Shown here: piece by piece, positions 1 through 12,263 of the stretch | Layout of the letters: each line of letters starts with the position of its first letter | Numbering within the stretch: the first letter of the stretch is position 1 | Assembly (NCBI GenBank): GCA_965221125.1 | Contig: CBDCRW010000007.1 | Location: forward strand, 672,001 to 736,000 | Direction: 5' to 3' | Length of the DNA: 64,000 nucleotides | Source of the DNA: Alphaproteobacteria bacterium | Lineage (GTDB): Bacteria > Pseudomonadota > Alphaproteobacteria > UBA828 | Made by a program: the position numbers and the translations under genes | The notes under the pieces: model-generated | Database searches by the model: none | What the model was told of the DNA's origin: nothing | The model's input: the letters and a program-made list of their open reading frames with translations, nothing else

Positions 1-1149
1 CCGACCGGGCTCAAGTGGTCCTTCATGCCGAAGGAGGAAGCGCCCGGCCGGCCGCACTACCTCGTCGTCAATGCCGACGAGAGCGAGCCCGGCACCTGCA
101 AGGACCGGGACATGATGCGCCACGATCCGCACAAGCTGATCGAGGGGTGCTTGCTCTCAGGCTTCGCCATGCGGGCGCACGCGGCCTACATCTACATCCG
201 GGGCGAGTTCTACGACGAGGCGGTGGCGCTGCAGGCGGCGATCGACGAGGCCTACGAGGCGGGCCTCATCGGCGAGAGCCCGTGCGGCACCGACTGGCCC
301 TTCGACGTCTACCTGCACCGGGGCGCCGGCGCCTACATCTGCGGCGAGGAAACCGGGCTGCTCGAGAGCCTCGAAGGCAAGCCGGGCCGGCCCCGCCTCA
401 AGCCGCCCTTCCCCGCGGCGGTCGGGCTCTACGGCTGTCCGTCCACCGTCAACAACGTCGAGACCATCGCGGTCGTGCCCACCATCCTGCGCCGCGGCGC
501 CGCATGGTTCGCCGGCATCGGCCGGCCCAAGAACACCGGCACCAAGGTTTTCTGCATCTCCGGCCACGTCAATCAGCCGTGCAACGTGGAGGAGGAGATG
601 GGCATCCCCATGCGCGAGCTGATCGAGAAGCACGCGGGCGGGGTGCGCGGCGGCTGGGACAACCTGCAGGCGGTGATCCCCGGCGGCGCCTCGGTGCCGC
701 TGCTGCCGAAGTCGATCTGCGACGAGGTGCTGATGGACTTCGATTCGCTGATGGCCGAGAAATCCGGGCTCGGCACGGCGGCGGTGATCGTGATGGACAA
801 GTCGGCCGACGTGGTCGAGGCCATCGCCCGGCTCTCCCACTTCTACATGCACGAGAGCTGCGGCCAGTGCACGCCCTGCCGCGAGGGCACCGGCTGGGTC
901 TACCGCGTGATGCTGCGCCTCATCCGGGGCGAGGCGTCGGTCGAGGAAATCGATCTGCTGTGGGACGTGGTGGGCCAGATCGAGGGACACACCATCTGCG
1001 CGTTGGGCGACGCCGCCGCGTGGCCGGTGCAGGGGCTGATCCGCCACTTCCGCCCGGAGCTCGAGCGGCGCATCCTCGCCGCGAAGGTGAGCGGCGGCGA
1101 GGCGGCGGGTGCAACCACCGCCACCGCCGACGCCGCGGCGGCAGCCTGA
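1..1149 (+). CDS. nuoF: NADH-quinone oxidoreductase subunit F (5' truncated by window edge)
   Basis: [38 protein letters not shown] and HTICALG motifs; frame open from base 1 ([11 protein letters not shown]). Confidence 0.98.
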   Translation, partial: PTGLKWSFMPKEEAPGRPHYLVVNADESEPGTCKDRDMMRHDPHKLIEGCLLSGFAMRAHAAYIYIRGEFYDEAVALQAAIDEAYEAGLIGESPCGTDWPFDVYLHRGAGAYICGEETGLLESLEGKPGRPRLKPPFPAAVGLYGCPSTVNNVETIAVVPTILRRGAAWFAGIGRPKNTGTKVFCISGHVNQPCNVEEEMGIPMRELIEKHAGGVRGGWDNLQAVIPGGASVPLLPKSICDEVLMDFDSLMAEKSGLGTAAVIVMDKSADVVEAIARLSHFYMHESCGQCTPCREGTGWVYRVMLRLIRGEASVEEIDLLWDVVGQIEGHTICALGDAAAWPVQGLIRHFRPELERRILAAKVSGGEAAGATTATADAAAAA

Positions 1150-1160
1150 GGACGCGGCCG

Positions 1161-3218
1161 ATGACGACGCTCACCATCGACGGCGCCGAGATCACGGTCG
1201 AGCCCGGCTCGACGGTGATGCAGGCCTGCGTGCAGGCCGGCAAGGAGATCCCGCACTTCTGCTTCCACGACCGGCTCTCCATCGCCGGCAACTGCCGCAT
1301 GTGCCTGGTGGAGATGGAGCGCTCGCCCAAGCCCATCGCGTCCTGCGCCATGCCGGCGGCGGACGGCATGGTGATCCGCACCGACACGCCGTCCGTCAAG
1401 AAGGCGCGGGAAGGGGTGATGGAGTTCCTGCTCATCAATCACCCGCTGGATTGCCCCATCTGCGACCAGGGCGGCGAGTGCGACCTGCAGGACCAGGCGA
1501 TGGCCTACGGCCGCCACTTCAGCCGCTTCGACGAAGGCAAGCGCGCGGTGCGCGACAAGGATGTCGGCCCGCTGATCGAGACCATCATGACGCGCTGCAT
1601 CCACTGCACGCGGTGCATCCGCTTTGCCGACGAGATCGCCGGCGTCGAGGAGTTCGGCGCGGTCTTTCGCGGCGAGCACATGGAAATCGGCACCTATGTC
1701 GAGAAGGCGGTCTCCTCCGAGCTCAGCGGCAACATGATCGACCTCTGCCCGGTCGGCGCGCTGACGTCGAAGCCCTACGCCTTCGTCGCGCGCTCGTGGG
1801 AGCTGCGCACGACCGAGACCATCGACGTGCTCGACGCGGTCGGCTCCAACATCCGGGTCGACACGCGCGGGACCGAGGTGCTGCGCGTCGTGCCCCGCCT
1901 GCACGACGACGTGAACGAGGAGTGGATCTCCGACAAGAGCCGCTTCGCATACGACGGTCTGCGCCGCCGCCGCCTCGACCGCTGCTACGTGCGGCGCGAC
2001 GGCGCGCTCGAAGCCGCGAGCTGGGCCGAGGCGTTCGACGCCATCGCGGCGGCTGCGGAGGGCCTGGAGGGCGAGCGAATCGCCGCGCTCGCAGGCGACA
2101 TGGCCGATTGCGAGTCGATGACCGCGCTCGCCGACCTGATGGCGGCGCTCGGCTCGCCCAATCTCGATTGCCGGCAGGACGGCGCGAAGCTCGATCCCGC
2201 CAGCCGCGCCTCCTACCTCTTCAACACCACTATCGCCGGGATCGAGGAGGCCGATGCGATCCTCCTGATCGGCACCAATCCGCGCTGGGAGGCTTCGCTC
2301 GTCAACGCGCGCATCCGCAAGCGCTGGCGCCGGGGCGGGCTCAAGGTCGGCGTCATCGGCCCCAAGGCCGATCTCACTTACCCGTACCACCACTTGGGCG
2401 AGGGGCCGGAGAGCCTGGCCAATCTCGCCAAGGGTGGGCACGCCTTCGCCGACGTGCTCAAGATGGCGGAGCGGCCGATGCTGATCGTGGGTCAGGGCGC
2501 GCTCGCGCGGCCGGATGGCGCTCACGTGCTGGCCCAGGCGAGAGAGCTGGCGGAAGCGACCGGCATGGTCGCCGACGGCTGGAACGGCTTCAACGTGCTG
2601 CACACGGCGGCGGCCCGCGTCGGCGGGCTCGACCTCGGCTTCGTGCCGGGGAAGGGCGGGCGCGATACGGCGGCGATCCGCGCCGGCGTCCGCGACGGCT
2701 CGCTCCGCCTGCTCTACCTGCTGGGCGCGGACGAGGCGGATATCGAGCGCACCGAGTCCTGCTTCGTCGTCTACCAGGGCCACCACGGCGATGCCGGCGC
2801 GCGCATCGCCGACGTGGTCCTGCCGGGCGCGGCCTATACCGAGAAGGACGGCACCTACGTCAACGTCGAGGGCCGCCCGCAGCGGGCCTACGCGGCGACC
2901 GCGCCGCTCGGCGATGCGCGGGAGGACTGGCGCATCCTGCGCGCGCTCTCCGCCCGTCTCGGCACGGCGCTTGCCTACGACACGCTGGACGAGCTTCGCG
3001 GGCGCATGGTGGAGCGCGCGCCGGTGCTCGCCGCCATCGGCGAGATCGCGCCCGCGCCGTGGGGCGCGTTCGGCACCCCCGGCGCCATGGACGAGGCGCC
3101 CTTCGCGAGCCCCATCGGCGACTTCTACCTGACCGATCCGATCACGCGCGCGTCGCAGACGATGACCGAGTGCAGCGCCGCGTTCGTCGCCGGGGCGGAG
3201 GCCCCTGCCGATGGCTGA
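1161..3218 (+). CDS. nuoG: NADH-quinone oxidoreductase subunit G
   Basis: ATG 1161 (MTTLTIDG); [30 protein letters not shown] and RCIHCTRC Fe-S motifs. Confidence 0.98.
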   Translation: MTTLTIDGAEITVEPGSTVMQACVQAGKEIPHFCFHDRLSIAGNCRMCLVEMERSPKPIASCAMPAADGMVIRTDTPSVKKAREGVMEFLLINHPLDCPICDQGGECDLQDQAMAYGRHFSRFDEGKRAVRDKDVGPLIETIMTRCIHCTRCIRFADEIAGVEEFGAVFRGEHMEIGTYVEKAVSSELSGNMIDLCPVGALTSKPYAFVARSWELRTTETIDVLDAVGSNIRVDTRGTEVLRVVPRLHDDVNEEWISDKSRFAYDGLRRRRLDRCYVRRDGALEAASWAEAFDAIAAAAEGLEGERIAALAGDMADCESMTALADLMAALGSPNLDCRQDGAKLDPASRASYLFNTTIAGIEEADAILLIGTNPRWEASLVNARIRKRWRRGGLKVGVIGPKADLTYPYHHLGEGPESLANLAKGGHAFADVLKMAERPMLIVGQGALARPDGAHVLAQARELAEATGMVADGWNGFNVLHTAAARVGGLDLGFVPGKGGRDTAAIRAGVRDGSLRLLYLLGADEADIERTESCFVVYQGHHGDAGARIADVVLPGAAYTEKDGTYVNVEGRPQRAYAATAPLGDAREDWRILRALSARLGTALAYDTLDELRGRMVERAPVLAAIGEIAPAPWGAFGTPGAMDEAPFASPIGDFYLTDPITRASQTMTECSAAFVAGAEAPADG

Positions 3219-4227
3219 AGCGGGCGTCTGGAGCACCTACTTCTACCCGCTGTTCCTCACCATCGGGTACATCCTCGCGATCATCGTGCCGCTGATGCTG
3301 GTGCTCGCCTTCATCACCTATTTCGAGCGCAAGGTCTGGGCGGCGATCCAGCTCCGCAAGGGGCCCAACGTGGTGGGTCCCTTCGGCCTGCTGCAGCCGG
3401 TGGCGGACGGCATCAAGTGCCTGTTCAAGGAGACCATCGTCCCCGCCGGCGCCAACCGCATGCTCTTCGTGCTGGCGCCGATGGTGACCTTCAGCTTAGG
3501 CCTCATCGGCTGGGCGGTGATCCCCTTCGACCAGCACCTCGTGCTCGCCGATCTGAACGTCGGCCTGCTCTACCTCTTCGCCGTCTCCTCGCTCGGTGTC
3601 TACGGCATCATCATCGCGGGCTGGGCCAGCAACTCGAAGTACGCCTTTCTCGGCGCGCTCCGCTCGGCGGCGCAGATGGTCTCCTACGAGGTCTCCATCG
3701 GCTTCGTGCTGGTGACGGTGCTGCTGTGCGTCGGCTCGCTCAACCTCAACGCCATCGTCGAGGCCCAGCGGGGGCTCTGGTTCTTCATCCCGCTGTTCCC
3801 GATGTTCGTGATCTACTTCGTTTCCGCGCTGGCCGAGACCAACCGCACGCCCTTCGACCTGCCGGAGGCCGAGGGCGAGCTGGTGGCCGGCTACCAGGTG
3901 GAATACTCGTCGATGACCTGGCTGCTCTTCATGATGGGGGAGTACGCCAACATCGTCCTGCTGAGCGGGCTCGCCGTGATCCTGTTCCTGGGCGGCTGGC
4001 TGCCGCCCTTCCACGTGGACCCGCTGATGGCGGTCCCCGGCGTGGTCTGGTTCCTGCTGAAGACGGCGGTCGTCGTCTTCTTCTTCACGTGGACGCGCGC
4101 GACGCTGCCGCGCTACCGCTACGATCAACTCATGCGGCTCGGCTGGAAGGTGTTCCTGCCGGCCTCGCTCGCCATGGTCGTAATCGTGGCCGGCGCGCTG
4201 CACGCGTTCGACTGGTTGCCGAGGTAA
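3211..4227 (+). CDS. nuoH: NADH-quinone oxidoreductase subunit H
   Basis: [18 protein letters not shown] and [13 protein letters not shown] motifs; operon position. Confidence 0.98.
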   Translation: MAEAGVWSTYFYPLFLTIGYILAIIVPLMLVLAFITYFERKVWAAIQLRKGPNVVGPFGLLQPVADGIKCLFKETIVPAGANRMLFVLAPMVTFSLGLIGWAVIPFDQHLVLADLNVGLLYLFAVSSLGVYGIIIAGWASNSKYAFLGALRSAAQMVSYEVSIGFVLVTVLLCVGSLNLNAIVEAQRGLWFFIPLFPMFVIYFVSALAETNRTPFDLPEAEGELVAGYQVEYSSMTWLLFMMGEYANIVLLSGLAVILFLGGWLPPFHVDPLMAVPGVVWFLLKTAVVVFFFTWTRATLPRYRYDQLMRLGWKVFLPASLAMVVIVAGALHAFDWLPR

Positions 4228-4291
4228 GTCACTCTGGAGCCGGTGGGCGGCCTGTGCTATGGCCGCGCCCGGCGCCGACGAGGAGGTCGCC

Positions 4292-4780
4292 ATGCCAGCA
4301 ATCGAGCAGACGGTTCGATCCTTGCTCCTGACCGAGCTGGCGGTCGGACTCGGCGTCACCTTCAAGCAGATGTTCAAGCGCAAGGCGACGCTCAACTACC
4401 CTTACGAGAAGGGCATGCTGAGCCCGCGCTTTCGCGGCGAGCATGCGCTGCGCCGCTACCCCAACGGCGAGGAGCGCTGCATCGCCTGCAAGCTGTGCGA
4501 GGCGATCTGCCCCGCGCAGGCCATCACCATCGAGGCCGAGCCCCGCGAGGACGGCAGCCGGCGCACCACCCGCTACGACATCGACATGGTGAAGTGCATC
4601 TACTGCGGCTTCTGCCAGGAGGCCTGCCCGGTCGATGCCATCGTCGAGGGCCCTAATTTCGAGTTCGCTGCCGAGACCCGCGAGGAGCTGCTCTACAACA
4701 AGGAGAAGCTGCTCGACAACGGCGACCGTTGGGAGCGCGAGATCGCCGCCAACCTGAGCGCGGAGGCACCCTACCGCTGA
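4292..4780 (+). CDS. nuoI: NADH-quinone oxidoreductase subunit I
   Basis: Two CxxCxxCxxxCP motifs; start chosen at ATG 4292 after GAGGAGG (ORF extends to 4259). Confidence 0.97.
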   Translation: MPAIEQTVRSLLLTELAVGLGVTFKQMFKRKATLNYPYEKGMLSPRFRGEHALRRYPNGEERCIACKLCEAICPAQAITIEAEPREDGSRRTTRYDIDMVKCIYCGFCQEACPVDAIVEGPNFEFAAETREELLYNKEKLLDNGDRWEREIAANLSAEAPYR

Positions 4781-4829
4781 GCCGGCATCGGCAGGGGCGG
4801 AACGGTAAGTCGAGCGGGACCACGGCACG

Positions 4830-5459
4830 ATGATCATTCAGACGATCATGTTCTACGTCCTCGCCGTGGTGACGGTGGGCGCCGGCGTCATGGTGATCGC
4901 GTCGCGCAACCCCGTTCACTCGGTGCTCTTCCTGATCCTGGCGTTCTTCAACTCTGCCGGGCTCTTCGTGATGATGGGCGCCGAGTTCCTGGCGATGATC
5001 CTCATCATCGTCTACGTCGGCGCCGTCGCCGTGCTCTTCCTCTTCGTCGTGATGATGCTGAACATCAACTTCGCGGAGCTGCGCGCGGGCTTCCTTCAAT
5101 ACCTGCCCATCGGCGGCGTCATCGGCATCATTCTGCTCGCCGAGCTTGTGCTGGTCTTCGCCTCCGGCGCCATCGACATCGAGGTGCCGACGAAGGTCGC
5201 CTCGCCCACGCCGCCGGCTGACGAGGTCACCAACACGCAAGCGCTGGGCGACGTGCTCTACACCCACTACGCCTACCTGTTCCAGGGCGCGGGCTTCATC
5301 CTCCTGATCGCGATGGTGGGCGCCATCGTGCTCACCCACCGGCGCCGCGCCGACGTGCGCCGCCAGCGCATCGCCGATCAGGTGGCGCGCGATCCCAAGG
5401 CTGCCGTTCGCCTTACCGACATCGAGCCGGGCGCGGAGGGGACATGGAAATCGGACTGA
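4830..5459 (+). CDS. nuoJ: NADH-quinone oxidoreductase subunit J
   Basis: [10 protein letters not shown] and [17 protein letters not shown] motifs. Confidence 0.97.
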   Translation: MIIQTIMFYVLAVVTVGAGVMVIASRNPVHSVLFLILAFFNSAGLFVMMGAEFLAMILIIVYVGAVAVLFLFVVMMLNINFAELRAGFLQYLPIGGVIGIILLAELVLVFASGAIDIEVPTKVASPTPPADEVTNTQALGDVLYTHYAYLFQGAGFILLIAMVGAIVLTHRRRADVRRQRIADQVARDPKAAVRLTDIEPGAEGTWKSD

Positions 5460-5752
5460 CCCATTACCTCACCGTGGCCGCGGTCCTCTTCACCCTCGGC
5501 GTCGTCGGCATCTTCCTCAACCGCAAGAACGTCATCATCATCCTGATGGCGATCGAGCTGATGCTGCTCGCCGTCAACATCAACCTGGTCGCCTTCTCGA
5601 CCTTCCTCAACGACATGGTGGGCCAGGTCTTCGCCATGCTCGTGCTCACGGTCGCTGCCGCCGAGGCTGCGATCGGCCTCGCCATCCTGGTCGTCTACTT
5701 CCGCAATCGCGGCAGCATCGCCGTCGAGGACGTCAACGTGATGAAGGGTTAG
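5444..5752 (+). CDS. nuoK: NADH-quinone oxidoreductase subunit K
   Basis: [11 protein letters not shown] and [11 protein letters not shown] motifs. Confidence 0.98.
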   Translation: MEIGLTHYLTVAAVLFTLGVVGIFLNRKNVIIILMAIELMLLAVNINLVAFSTFLNDMVGQVFAMLVLTVAAAEAAIGLAILVVYFRNRGSIAVEDVNVMKG

Positions 5753-5757
5753 GGCCG

Positions 5758-7686
5758 GTGCTCCATTACGCCGCGCCCATTTTCCTGCCGCTCTTCGGGG
5801 CGGTGATCGCCGGCCTGTTCGGCCGGGTGATTGGCGCGCGGGCTTCGCAGCTCGTCACCTGCGGCGCGATGGGCGCCGCCGCGGTGATGGCGATCGTCGT
5901 CTTCGTCCAGGTCGTGTTGCAGGGCGAGACCGCGACCATCGTGCTCTTCGACTGGTTCGCCTCCGGCGACCTCGACGTGGACTGGCTGCTCAGGTTCGAC
6001 GAGCTGACCGGCGTCATGGTCTTCGTCGTCTGCGTGGTCTCGTTCCTGATCCACGTCTACTCGATCGGCTACATGGCGCACGATCCCCATGTGCCGCGCT
6101 TCTTCGCCTACCTCTCGCTCTTCACCTTCTTCATGCTGGCGCTGGTGAGCGCCGACAACTTTCTGCAGATGTTCTTCGGCTGGGAGGGGGTCGGCCTCGT
6201 CTCCTACCTGCTGATCGGCTTCTGGTACAAGCGGCCGTCGGCGAACGCCGCGGCAATCAAGGCCTTCATCGTCAACCGCGTGGGCGATTTCGGCTTCGCG
6301 CTCGGCATCCTCGCGATCTTCCTCATGTTCGACACCGTCTCGTTCGACGCCGTGTTCGCCGGCGTGCCCGGGATGGTGGACGCCGAGCTCACCTTCCTCG
6401 GCCACTCCTTCGACTTCCTGGAGGTCGCCTGCATCCTTCTCTTCGTCGGCGCCATGGGCAAGTCGGCGCAGTTCCTGCTGCACACCTGGCTGCCGGACGC
6501 GATGGAGGGCCCGACCCCGGTCTCGGCGCTGATCCACGCCGCGACCATGGTGACCGCCGGCGTCTTCATGGTGGCGCGCCTCTCGCCGATCTTCGAGTAC
6601 GCGCCGATCGCGCTCTCGGTGGTGACCTTCTTCGGCGCGACCACGGCGATCTTCGCGGCGACCATCGCGATCACGCAGAACGACATCAAGCGGGTGATCG
6701 CGTACTCGACCTGCAGCCAGCTCGGCTACATGTTCTTCGCCTGCGGCGTCTCGGCCTACGGCGCCGGCATCTTCCACCTGACGACCCACGCGTTCTTCAA
6801 GGCGCTGCTCTTCCTCGGTGCGGGCGCCGTGATCCACGCCATGTCGGACGAGCAGGACATGCGCAAGATGGGCGGCATCTGGCGCATGATCCCGGTGACC
6901 TACGTGCTGATGTGGATCGGCAACCTGGCGCTCGCCGGGATCTTCCCGTTCTCCGGCTTCTTCTCCAAGGACATCATCCTGGAGTCCGCCTTCGCCTCGC
7001 ACACCGGGCTCGGCATGTACGCCTTCGGCCTCGGCATCCTGGCGGCGTTCCTCACCGCGTTCTACTCGTGGCGGCTGCTGTTCCTGACCTTCCACGGCAA
7101 GCCGCGCGCCGACGAGAAGGTGATGGCCCACGTCCACGAGGCGCCGGCCGTCATGTGGGTGCCGCTGGTGGGGCTCGCCATCGGCGCCGTCGTGATCGGC
7201 TACCTGATGTTGCCGATGGTGGCGACCGACATCGACTTCTGGGGCACCTCGATCCTCGTGCTCCCCATCCACAACGCGCTGGCGGAGGCGCACCACGTCG
7301 ACTTCTGGGTGAAGGCGCTGCCGATGGCGGTGGGCGTGCTCGGGATCGCCGGCGCCTTCCTCTTCTACGTGCTCAGGCCCGAGCTTCCGGGCCGGCTGGC
7401 TGCGCGGGCGCGGCCGGTCTACCTCTTCCTGCTCAACAAGTGGTACTTCGACGAGCTTTACGACATCCTCTTCGTGCGCTCCGCCAAGTATCTCGGGCGC
7501 AACCTCTGGAAGCAGGGCGACGGCGCGGTGATCGACGGCATCGGGCCGGATGGCTTCGCGGCCGCGACCCTCTCCATCGCGCGCCGCGCGGTCCGGCTGC
7601 AGTCAGGCTACGTCTACCACTACGCCTTCGCGATGCTGCTGGGCCTTGCGGCCATCGTGACCTGGTATCTGATCGCGGGCAGGTAG
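5758..7686 (+). CDS. nuoL: NADH-quinone oxidoreductase subunit L
   Basis: GWEGVGLVSYLLIGFW, GKSAQ..LHTWLPDAMEGPTPVSAL and HAFFKALLF motifs. Confidence 0.98.
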   Translation: MLHYAAPIFLPLFGAVIAGLFGRVIGARASQLVTCGAMGAAAVMAIVVFVQVVLQGETATIVLFDWFASGDLDVDWLLRFDELTGVMVFVVCVVSFLIHVYSIGYMAHDPHVPRFFAYLSLFTFFMLALVSADNFLQMFFGWEGVGLVSYLLIGFWYKRPSANAAAIKAFIVNRVGDFGFALGILAIFLMFDTVSFDAVFAGVPGMVDAELTFLGHSFDFLEVACILLFVGAMGKSAQFLLHTWLPDAMEGPTPVSALIHAATMVTAGVFMVARLSPIFEYAPIALSVVTFFGATTAIFAATIAITQNDIKRVIAYSTCSQLGYMFFACGVSAYGAGIFHLTTHAFFKALLFLGAGAVIHAMSDEQDMRKMGGIWRMIPVTYVLMWIGNLALAGIFPFSGFFSKDIILESAFASHTGLGMYAFGLGILAAFLTAFYSWRLLFLTFHGKPRADEKVMAHVHEAPAVMWVPLVGLAIGAVVIGYLMLPMVATDIDFWGTSILVLPIHNALAEAHHVDFWVKALPMAVGVLGIAGAFLFYVLRPELPGRLAARARPVYLFLLNKWYFDELYDILFVRSAKYLGRNLWKQGDGAVIDGIGPDGFAAATLSIARRAVRLQSGYVYHYAFAMLLGLAAIVTWYLIAGR

Positions 7687-7690
7687 CGGC

Positions 7691-9229
7691 ATGACCGATT
7701 GGCCGATCCTGTCCACCGTCACCTTCCTACCGCTGGCCGGAGTCTTCTTCATCCTCCTCATCCGCGGCGACGAGCGGCAGATCGCGGCCAACTCCCGCCA
7801 CGTGGCGCTCTGGACCTCGATCGTCACCTTCGCGCTCTCGGTCGTGCTGGTCGCCGACTTCGACACGTCGACGGCAGAGTTCCAGTTCGTCGAGTTCGTG
7901 CCTTGGCTGCCCGAGCACAACATCGGCTACCACCTGGGCGTGGACGGGATCTCGATCTTCTTCCTGATCCTCACCACGTTCCTCATTCCGATCTGCATCC
8001 TCGCCTCGTGGGAGGCGATCGGGACTCGCGTGCGCGAATTCATGATCGCCTTCCTGGCGATGGAGACGCTGATCGTCGGCGTCTTCTGCTCCCTCGACTT
8101 CGTGATGTTCTACATCTTCTTCGAGGGCCAGCTCATCCCGATGTTCCTCATCATCGGCATCTGGGGCGGCGCGCGGCGGGTCTACTCGGCGTTCAAGTTC
8201 TTCCTCTACACGCTGGTGGGCTCGGTGCTGTTCCTGCTGGCGATCCTCTTCATGTACCTCGATGCCGGCACCACCGACATCCCGACGCTGCTTGCGCACC
8301 ACTTCGCGCCGGCGGTGCAGACCTGGCTCTGGCTCGCGCTCTTCGCCTCCTTCGCCGTCAAGCTGCCGATGTGGCCGTTCCACACGTGGCTGCCCGACGC
8401 CCACGTGGAGGCGCCGACGGCGGGCTCGGTGATCCTCGCCGGCATCCTGCTGAAGATGGGGGGCTACGGCTTCCTCCGCTTCTCGCTGCCGATGCTGCCG
8501 GACGCGAGCGCCTTCTTCGTGCCCTTCGTCTATTCGCTCAGCGTGGTCGCGATCATCTACACCTCGCTGGTCGCGCTCATGCAGCAGGACATGAAGAAGC
8601 TGATCGCCTATTCCTCGGTCGCCCACATGGGGATCGTCACCATCGGCATCTTCACCTTCACCGCGCAAGGCATCGAGGGCGGGATCGTCCAGATGCTGAG
8701 CCACGGCATCGTCTCGGCGGCGCTCTTCCTCTGCGTCGGCGTCGTCTACGACCGCACTCACACCCGCGAGATCGCCGACTACGGCGGGCTGGTGCACCGC
8801 ATGCCGATCTACGCCTTCGTGCTCATGGTGTTCACGCTGGCCGCCATCGGCTTGCCCGGCACCAGCGGCTTCGTCGGCGAGTTCATGGTGCTGGTGGGCG
8901 CCTTCCAGTCGAACACCTGGGTCGCCATGCTGGCGCTGACCGGCGTGATCCTGGGCGCCGCCTACATGCTCTGGCTCTACCGGCGCGTGATCTTCGGCGA
9001 GCTCACCAAGGAGAACCTCAAGTCGATCACCGACCTCAACTGGCGTGAGGTCGGCATCTTCGCGCCGCTGGTCTCGCTCGCGCTGGTGCTCGGGCTCTAT
9101 CCCGAGCCCTTCCTCGACGTGCTCCACGTCTCGGTCGAGAACCTGATCGCGCAGACGAACGGCGCGCCGCCGCTGCCGGCCGCCGAGCCCGGGAGCGCAT
9201 CGGTGCCCGCGCTCGCGGCGCTGCAATAG
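7691..9229 (+). CDS. nuoM: NADH-quinone oxidoreductase subunit M
   Basis: [18 protein letters not shown] and [13 protein letters not shown] motifs. Confidence 0.98.
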   Translation: MTDWPILSTVTFLPLAGVFFILLIRGDERQIAANSRHVALWTSIVTFALSVVLVADFDTSTAEFQFVEFVPWLPEHNIGYHLGVDGISIFFLILTTFLIPICILASWEAIGTRVREFMIAFLAMETLIVGVFCSLDFVMFYIFFEGQLIPMFLIIGIWGGARRVYSAFKFFLYTLVGSVLFLLAILFMYLDAGTTDIPTLLAHHFAPAVQTWLWLALFASFAVKLPMWPFHTWLPDAHVEAPTAGSVILAGILLKMGGYGFLRFSLPMLPDASAFFVPFVYSLSVVAIIYTSLVALMQQDMKKLIAYSSVAHMGIVTIGIFTFTAQGIEGGIVQMLSHGIVSAALFLCVGVVYDRTHTREIADYGGLVHRMPIYAFVLMVFTLAAIGLPGTSGFVGEFMVLVGAFQSNTWVAMLALTGVILGAAYMLWLYRRVIFGELTKENLKSITDLNWREVGIFAPLVSLALVLGLYPEPFLDVLHVSVENLIAQTNGAPPLPAAEPGSASVPALAALQ

Positions 9230-9239
9230 GGGCTGGGCG

Positions 9240-10700
9240 ATGCAGAATTTCGTCGAGCCCGATTATCTGCCCGCGCTGCCGGAACTCTTCCTCGCCGGCG
9301 CCTCCGTCACGCTGCTGATGGCGGGCGTCTTCATCGGCGACCGTTCGACGCGGCTCATGACCTGGCTCGCCTGCGTCTCCATGGCGGTCGCCTTCGTCAT
9401 GGTGCTGGCGCTCCCCGACGAGCGGACGACGACCTTCTTCGGGCTCTTTGTGGTCGACCGCTTCGCCGCCTTCATGAAGTGCCTGGTGCTGGTGGGCGCG
9501 GCGGTCACGCTCATCGTCGGCATCGGCTACGTGAAGCGCGAGGGGATGAACCGCTTCGAGTTCCCGGTGCTGATCGTCTTCGCCACCCTCGGCATGCTGC
9601 TGATGATCTCGGCGAACGACCTGATCGCGCTCTACGTCGGACTCGAGCTGCAGAGCCTCTCGCTCTACATCGTCGCCGCCTTCCGCCGGGATTCGCTGCG
9701 CTCGACCGAGGCGGGCCTCAAGTACTTCGTCCTCGGCGCGATCTCGTCGGGCCTGCTGCTCTACGGCTGCTCCATGGTCTACGGCTTCACCGGCGTGACC
9801 GGCTTCGAGGGGATCGCCGAGGCGCTGGCCACCACCGTGCCCGGCAACGTGGCGGCAGAGACGGGCGTGCTGATCGGCCTCGTGTTCATCGCCGCGGCGT
9901 TGGCCTTCAAGGTCTCGGCGGTGCCCTTCCACATGTGGACGCCCGACGTCTACGAGGGCGCGCCGACGCCGGTCACGGCCTTCTTCGCCGCAGCACCCAA
10001 GGTCGCCGCCATGGCGCTGCTGCTCCGGGTCTTCGTCGGCCCCTTCCACGAGCTTGCCGACCAGTGGGATCAGATCGTGATCTTCGTCTCGGTGGCCTCG
10101 ATGGGGCTCGGCGCCTTCGCCGCCATCGGCCAGAAGAACATCAAGCGGCTGATGGCCTACAGCTCCATCGGCCACGTCGGTTATGCGCTCGTCGGGCTCT
10201 CGGCCGGCACGCCCGAGGGGATCCGGGGCGTGATCGTCTACATGCTGATCTACATGGTGATGACGCTCGGCGGCTTCGCCTGCATCCTCGCCATGCGCCA
10301 GCGCGGCCAGATGGTCGAAGAGATCAGCGACCTCTCCGGCCTCTCCAAGACCAACCCGTCGCTGGCTCTCGCGCTCGCGATCTTCATGTTCTCGATGGCG
10401 GGCATTCCGCCGCTCGCCGGCTTCTTCGGCAAGCTCTACGTGTTCCTGGCGGCCGTGGACGAGGGGCTCTACGGGCTCGCCATCTTCGGCGTGCTGGCGA
10501 GCGTCGTCGGCGCCTACTACTACATCCGCATCGTCAAGGTGATGTACTTCGATCAGCCGACCGACGGGTTCGACCGCCCGGTAGGCGTGGAGCTTTCCGC
10601 CGTGCTCGCGGGCACCGGCATCATCACGCTCCTTTTCTTCGCCTATCCGGCGCCGATCCTGGCCGGGGCGGAAGCCGCCGCCGCGGCGCTCATGCCCTGA
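9240..10700 (+). CDS. nuoN: NADH-quinone oxidoreductase subunit N
   Basis: [10 protein letters not shown] and [21 protein letters not shown] motifs. Confidence 0.98.
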   Translation: MQNFVEPDYLPALPELFLAGASVTLLMAGVFIGDRSTRLMTWLACVSMAVAFVMVLALPDERTTTFFGLFVVDRFAAFMKCLVLVGAAVTLIVGIGYVKREGMNRFEFPVLIVFATLGMLLMISANDLIALYVGLELQSLSLYIVAAFRRDSLRSTEAGLKYFVLGAISSGLLLYGCSMVYGFTGVTGFEGIAEALATTVPGNVAAETGVLIGLVFIAAALAFKVSAVPFHMWTPDVYEGAPTPVTAFFAAAPKVAAMALLLRVFVGPFHELADQWDQIVIFVSVASMGLGAFAAIGQKNIKRLMAYSSIGHVGYALVGLSAGTPEGIRGVIVYMLIYMVMTLGGFACILAMRQRGQMVEEISDLSGLSKTNPSLALALAIFMFSMAGIPPLAGFFGKLYVFLAAVDEGLYGLAIFGVLASVVGAYYYIRIVKVMYFDQPTDGFDRPVGVELSAVLAGTGIITLLFFAYPAPILAGAEAAAAALMP

Positions 10701-10717
10701 CGACGAGACCCCTCCCC

Positions 10718-11497
10718 ATGCCGCCGGCGGCGCTGCCGCAAGGCTACACGCTGATCGCCCTCGACGAGGCCGGCAGCACCAACGACGAGGCCAAGGCGCG
10801 CGCGGCGGCAGGCGCGGCGGAGGGGACCGTCGTCCGTGCGCGGCGGCAGCGGGCCGGGCGCGGGCGGCGCGGACGCGTCTGGGACTCGCCGCCCGGCAAT
10901 CTCTACTGCTCGGTGCTGCTCCGCCCCGCCTGCGAAGCGCGGCGGGTGGCGCAGCTCTCGTTCGTCGCCGCGCTCGCCGTCCTCGACCTCGTGGACGGGC
11001 GCCTGCCCGGCCGCGCGCGCTGCAAGTGGCCCAACGACATCCTCGTGGACGGCGGCAAGGTTGCCGGTATCCTGCTGGAATCGGCGCTGCGATCGGATGG
11101 GCGCGTGGACTGGGTGGTGCTCGGCATCGGCGTGAACCTCGTGGATCATCCCGGCCTCGAGGGGCCGATCCCGTCGACGAGCCTCGTCGCCGCCGGCGCC
11201 CCGATGCTCGCGCCCGAGGAAGCGCTGCCCCCGCTGCTTGCGGCGCTGACCCGGCGGCGGTCGGCGTGGGAGGCGCACGGCTTCGCGGCGGTACGGCGCG
11301 CCTGGCTCGGCCGCGCCCACGGGCTCGGCGGCCCGGTGACGGTCGCGGGCGGCCGGGAAACGCTCGTCGGCACGTTCGAGGGGCTGGATGAGGAAGGCGC
11401 TCTGATGCTCGCGCGCGAGGGCGAAGCACCGCTCTCCATCGCGGCGGGCGACGTCTACTTCGGCGACGCGGGGGCGGCCCATGCTGCTCGCGGTTGA
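10718..11497 (+). CDS. birA: Biotin--acetyl-CoA carboxylase ligase (no HTH domain)
   Basis: GSTN, Q.AGRGRRGR.W, KWPNDI and KVAGILLE motifs; conserved position after nuoN. Confidence 0.95.
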   Translation: MPPAALPQGYTLIALDEAGSTNDEAKARAAAGAAEGTVVRARRQRAGRGRRGRVWDSPPGNLYCSVLLRPACEARRVAQLSFVAALAVLDLVDGRLPGRARCKWPNDILVDGGKVAGILLESALRSDGRVDWVVLGIGVNLVDHPGLEGPIPSTSLVAAGAPMLAPEEALPPLLAALTRRRSAWEAHGFAAVRRAWLGRAHGLGGPVTVAGGRETLVGTFEGLDEEGALMLAREGEAPLSIAAGDVYFGDAGAAHAARG

Positions 11498-12263
11498 CGC
11501 CGGCAACACCAACACGGTGTTCGCCGTCTTCGAAGGCGGCGGCGAGGCGGCGCTCGGCCAATGGCGCGCCATGACCGACGCGCGGCGAACCAGCGACGAA
11601 TACGCGGTCTGGCTGGGGCAGCTCCTGGCGCAGGCGGGCCTCAGCCTCGCCGATGTCGAGGACGCCATCGTCTCCAGCGTGGTGCCGCAGGGGATCGGCG
11701 CGCTCAAGTCCCTCTGCGCCGACCACTGCGGCTGCGCGGCAGAGGTCGTCGGCGAGCCGGGGGTCCGCCTCGGCATCGACGTGAACGTGCCCCGGCCCGA
11801 CGAGGTCGGCGCCGACCGGCTGGTGAATGCGGTGGGCGCCCATATCCGCCACTCGGGCGCGCTGATCGTCCTCGATTTCGGCACCGCGACCACCTTCGAC
11901 TCGGTGAGCGCAGACGGCGCCTACGAAGGCGGCATCATCGCGCCCGGCATCGCGCTCTCGCTGGAGGCGCTGCACCAGGCCGCGGCGCAGCTCCCGCGCA
12001 TCGCCGTCAGGCGCCCCGAGACCGTGATCGGCCAGGCGACCGTGCCGGCCATGCAGTCCGGCATCTACTGGGGCTACGTGGGACTGATCGAGGGGATCGT
12101 CGCCCGCATGAAGGCCGAGATCGCAGCACCCGTCACGACCGTCGCGACCGGCGGGCTGGCCGGCCTCTTCGGCGACGCCACGGCGGCCATCGACACGGTC
12201 GATCCCGACCTCACCATTCGGGGGCTGCGCGAGGTGCACCGTCGCAATCGGGGGGCGGGATGA
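11481..12263 (+). CDS. coaX: Type III pantothenate kinase
   Basis: DAGNTNTV, VGADR, DFGTATTFD and ATGG motifs. Confidence 0.96.
   Translation: MLLAVDAGNTNTVFAVFEGGGEAALGQWRAMTDARRTSDEYAVWLGQLLAQAGLSLADVEDAIVSSVVPQGIGALKSLCADHCGCAAEVVGEPGVRLGIDVNVPRPDEVGADRLVNAVGAHIRHSGALIVLDFGTATTFDSVSADGAYEGGIIAPGIALSLEALHQAAAQLPRIAVRRPETVIGQATVPAMQSGIYWGYVGLIEGIVARMKAEIAAPVTTVATGGLAGLFGDATAAIDTVDPDLTIRGLREVHRRNRGAG

Noticed and set aside
15-1160. N-terminal ~380 aa of the 1067-aa ORF 15..3218
   Set aside because: Shadow frame of nuoF; NuoG begins at ATG 1161.
9036-12239. 1067-aa minus-strand ORF and many similar long antisense or alternate-frame ORFs
   Set aside because: Typical stop-poor shadows in high-GC DNA: Arg/Ala/Pro-rich, without motifs, and opposite well-supported genes.
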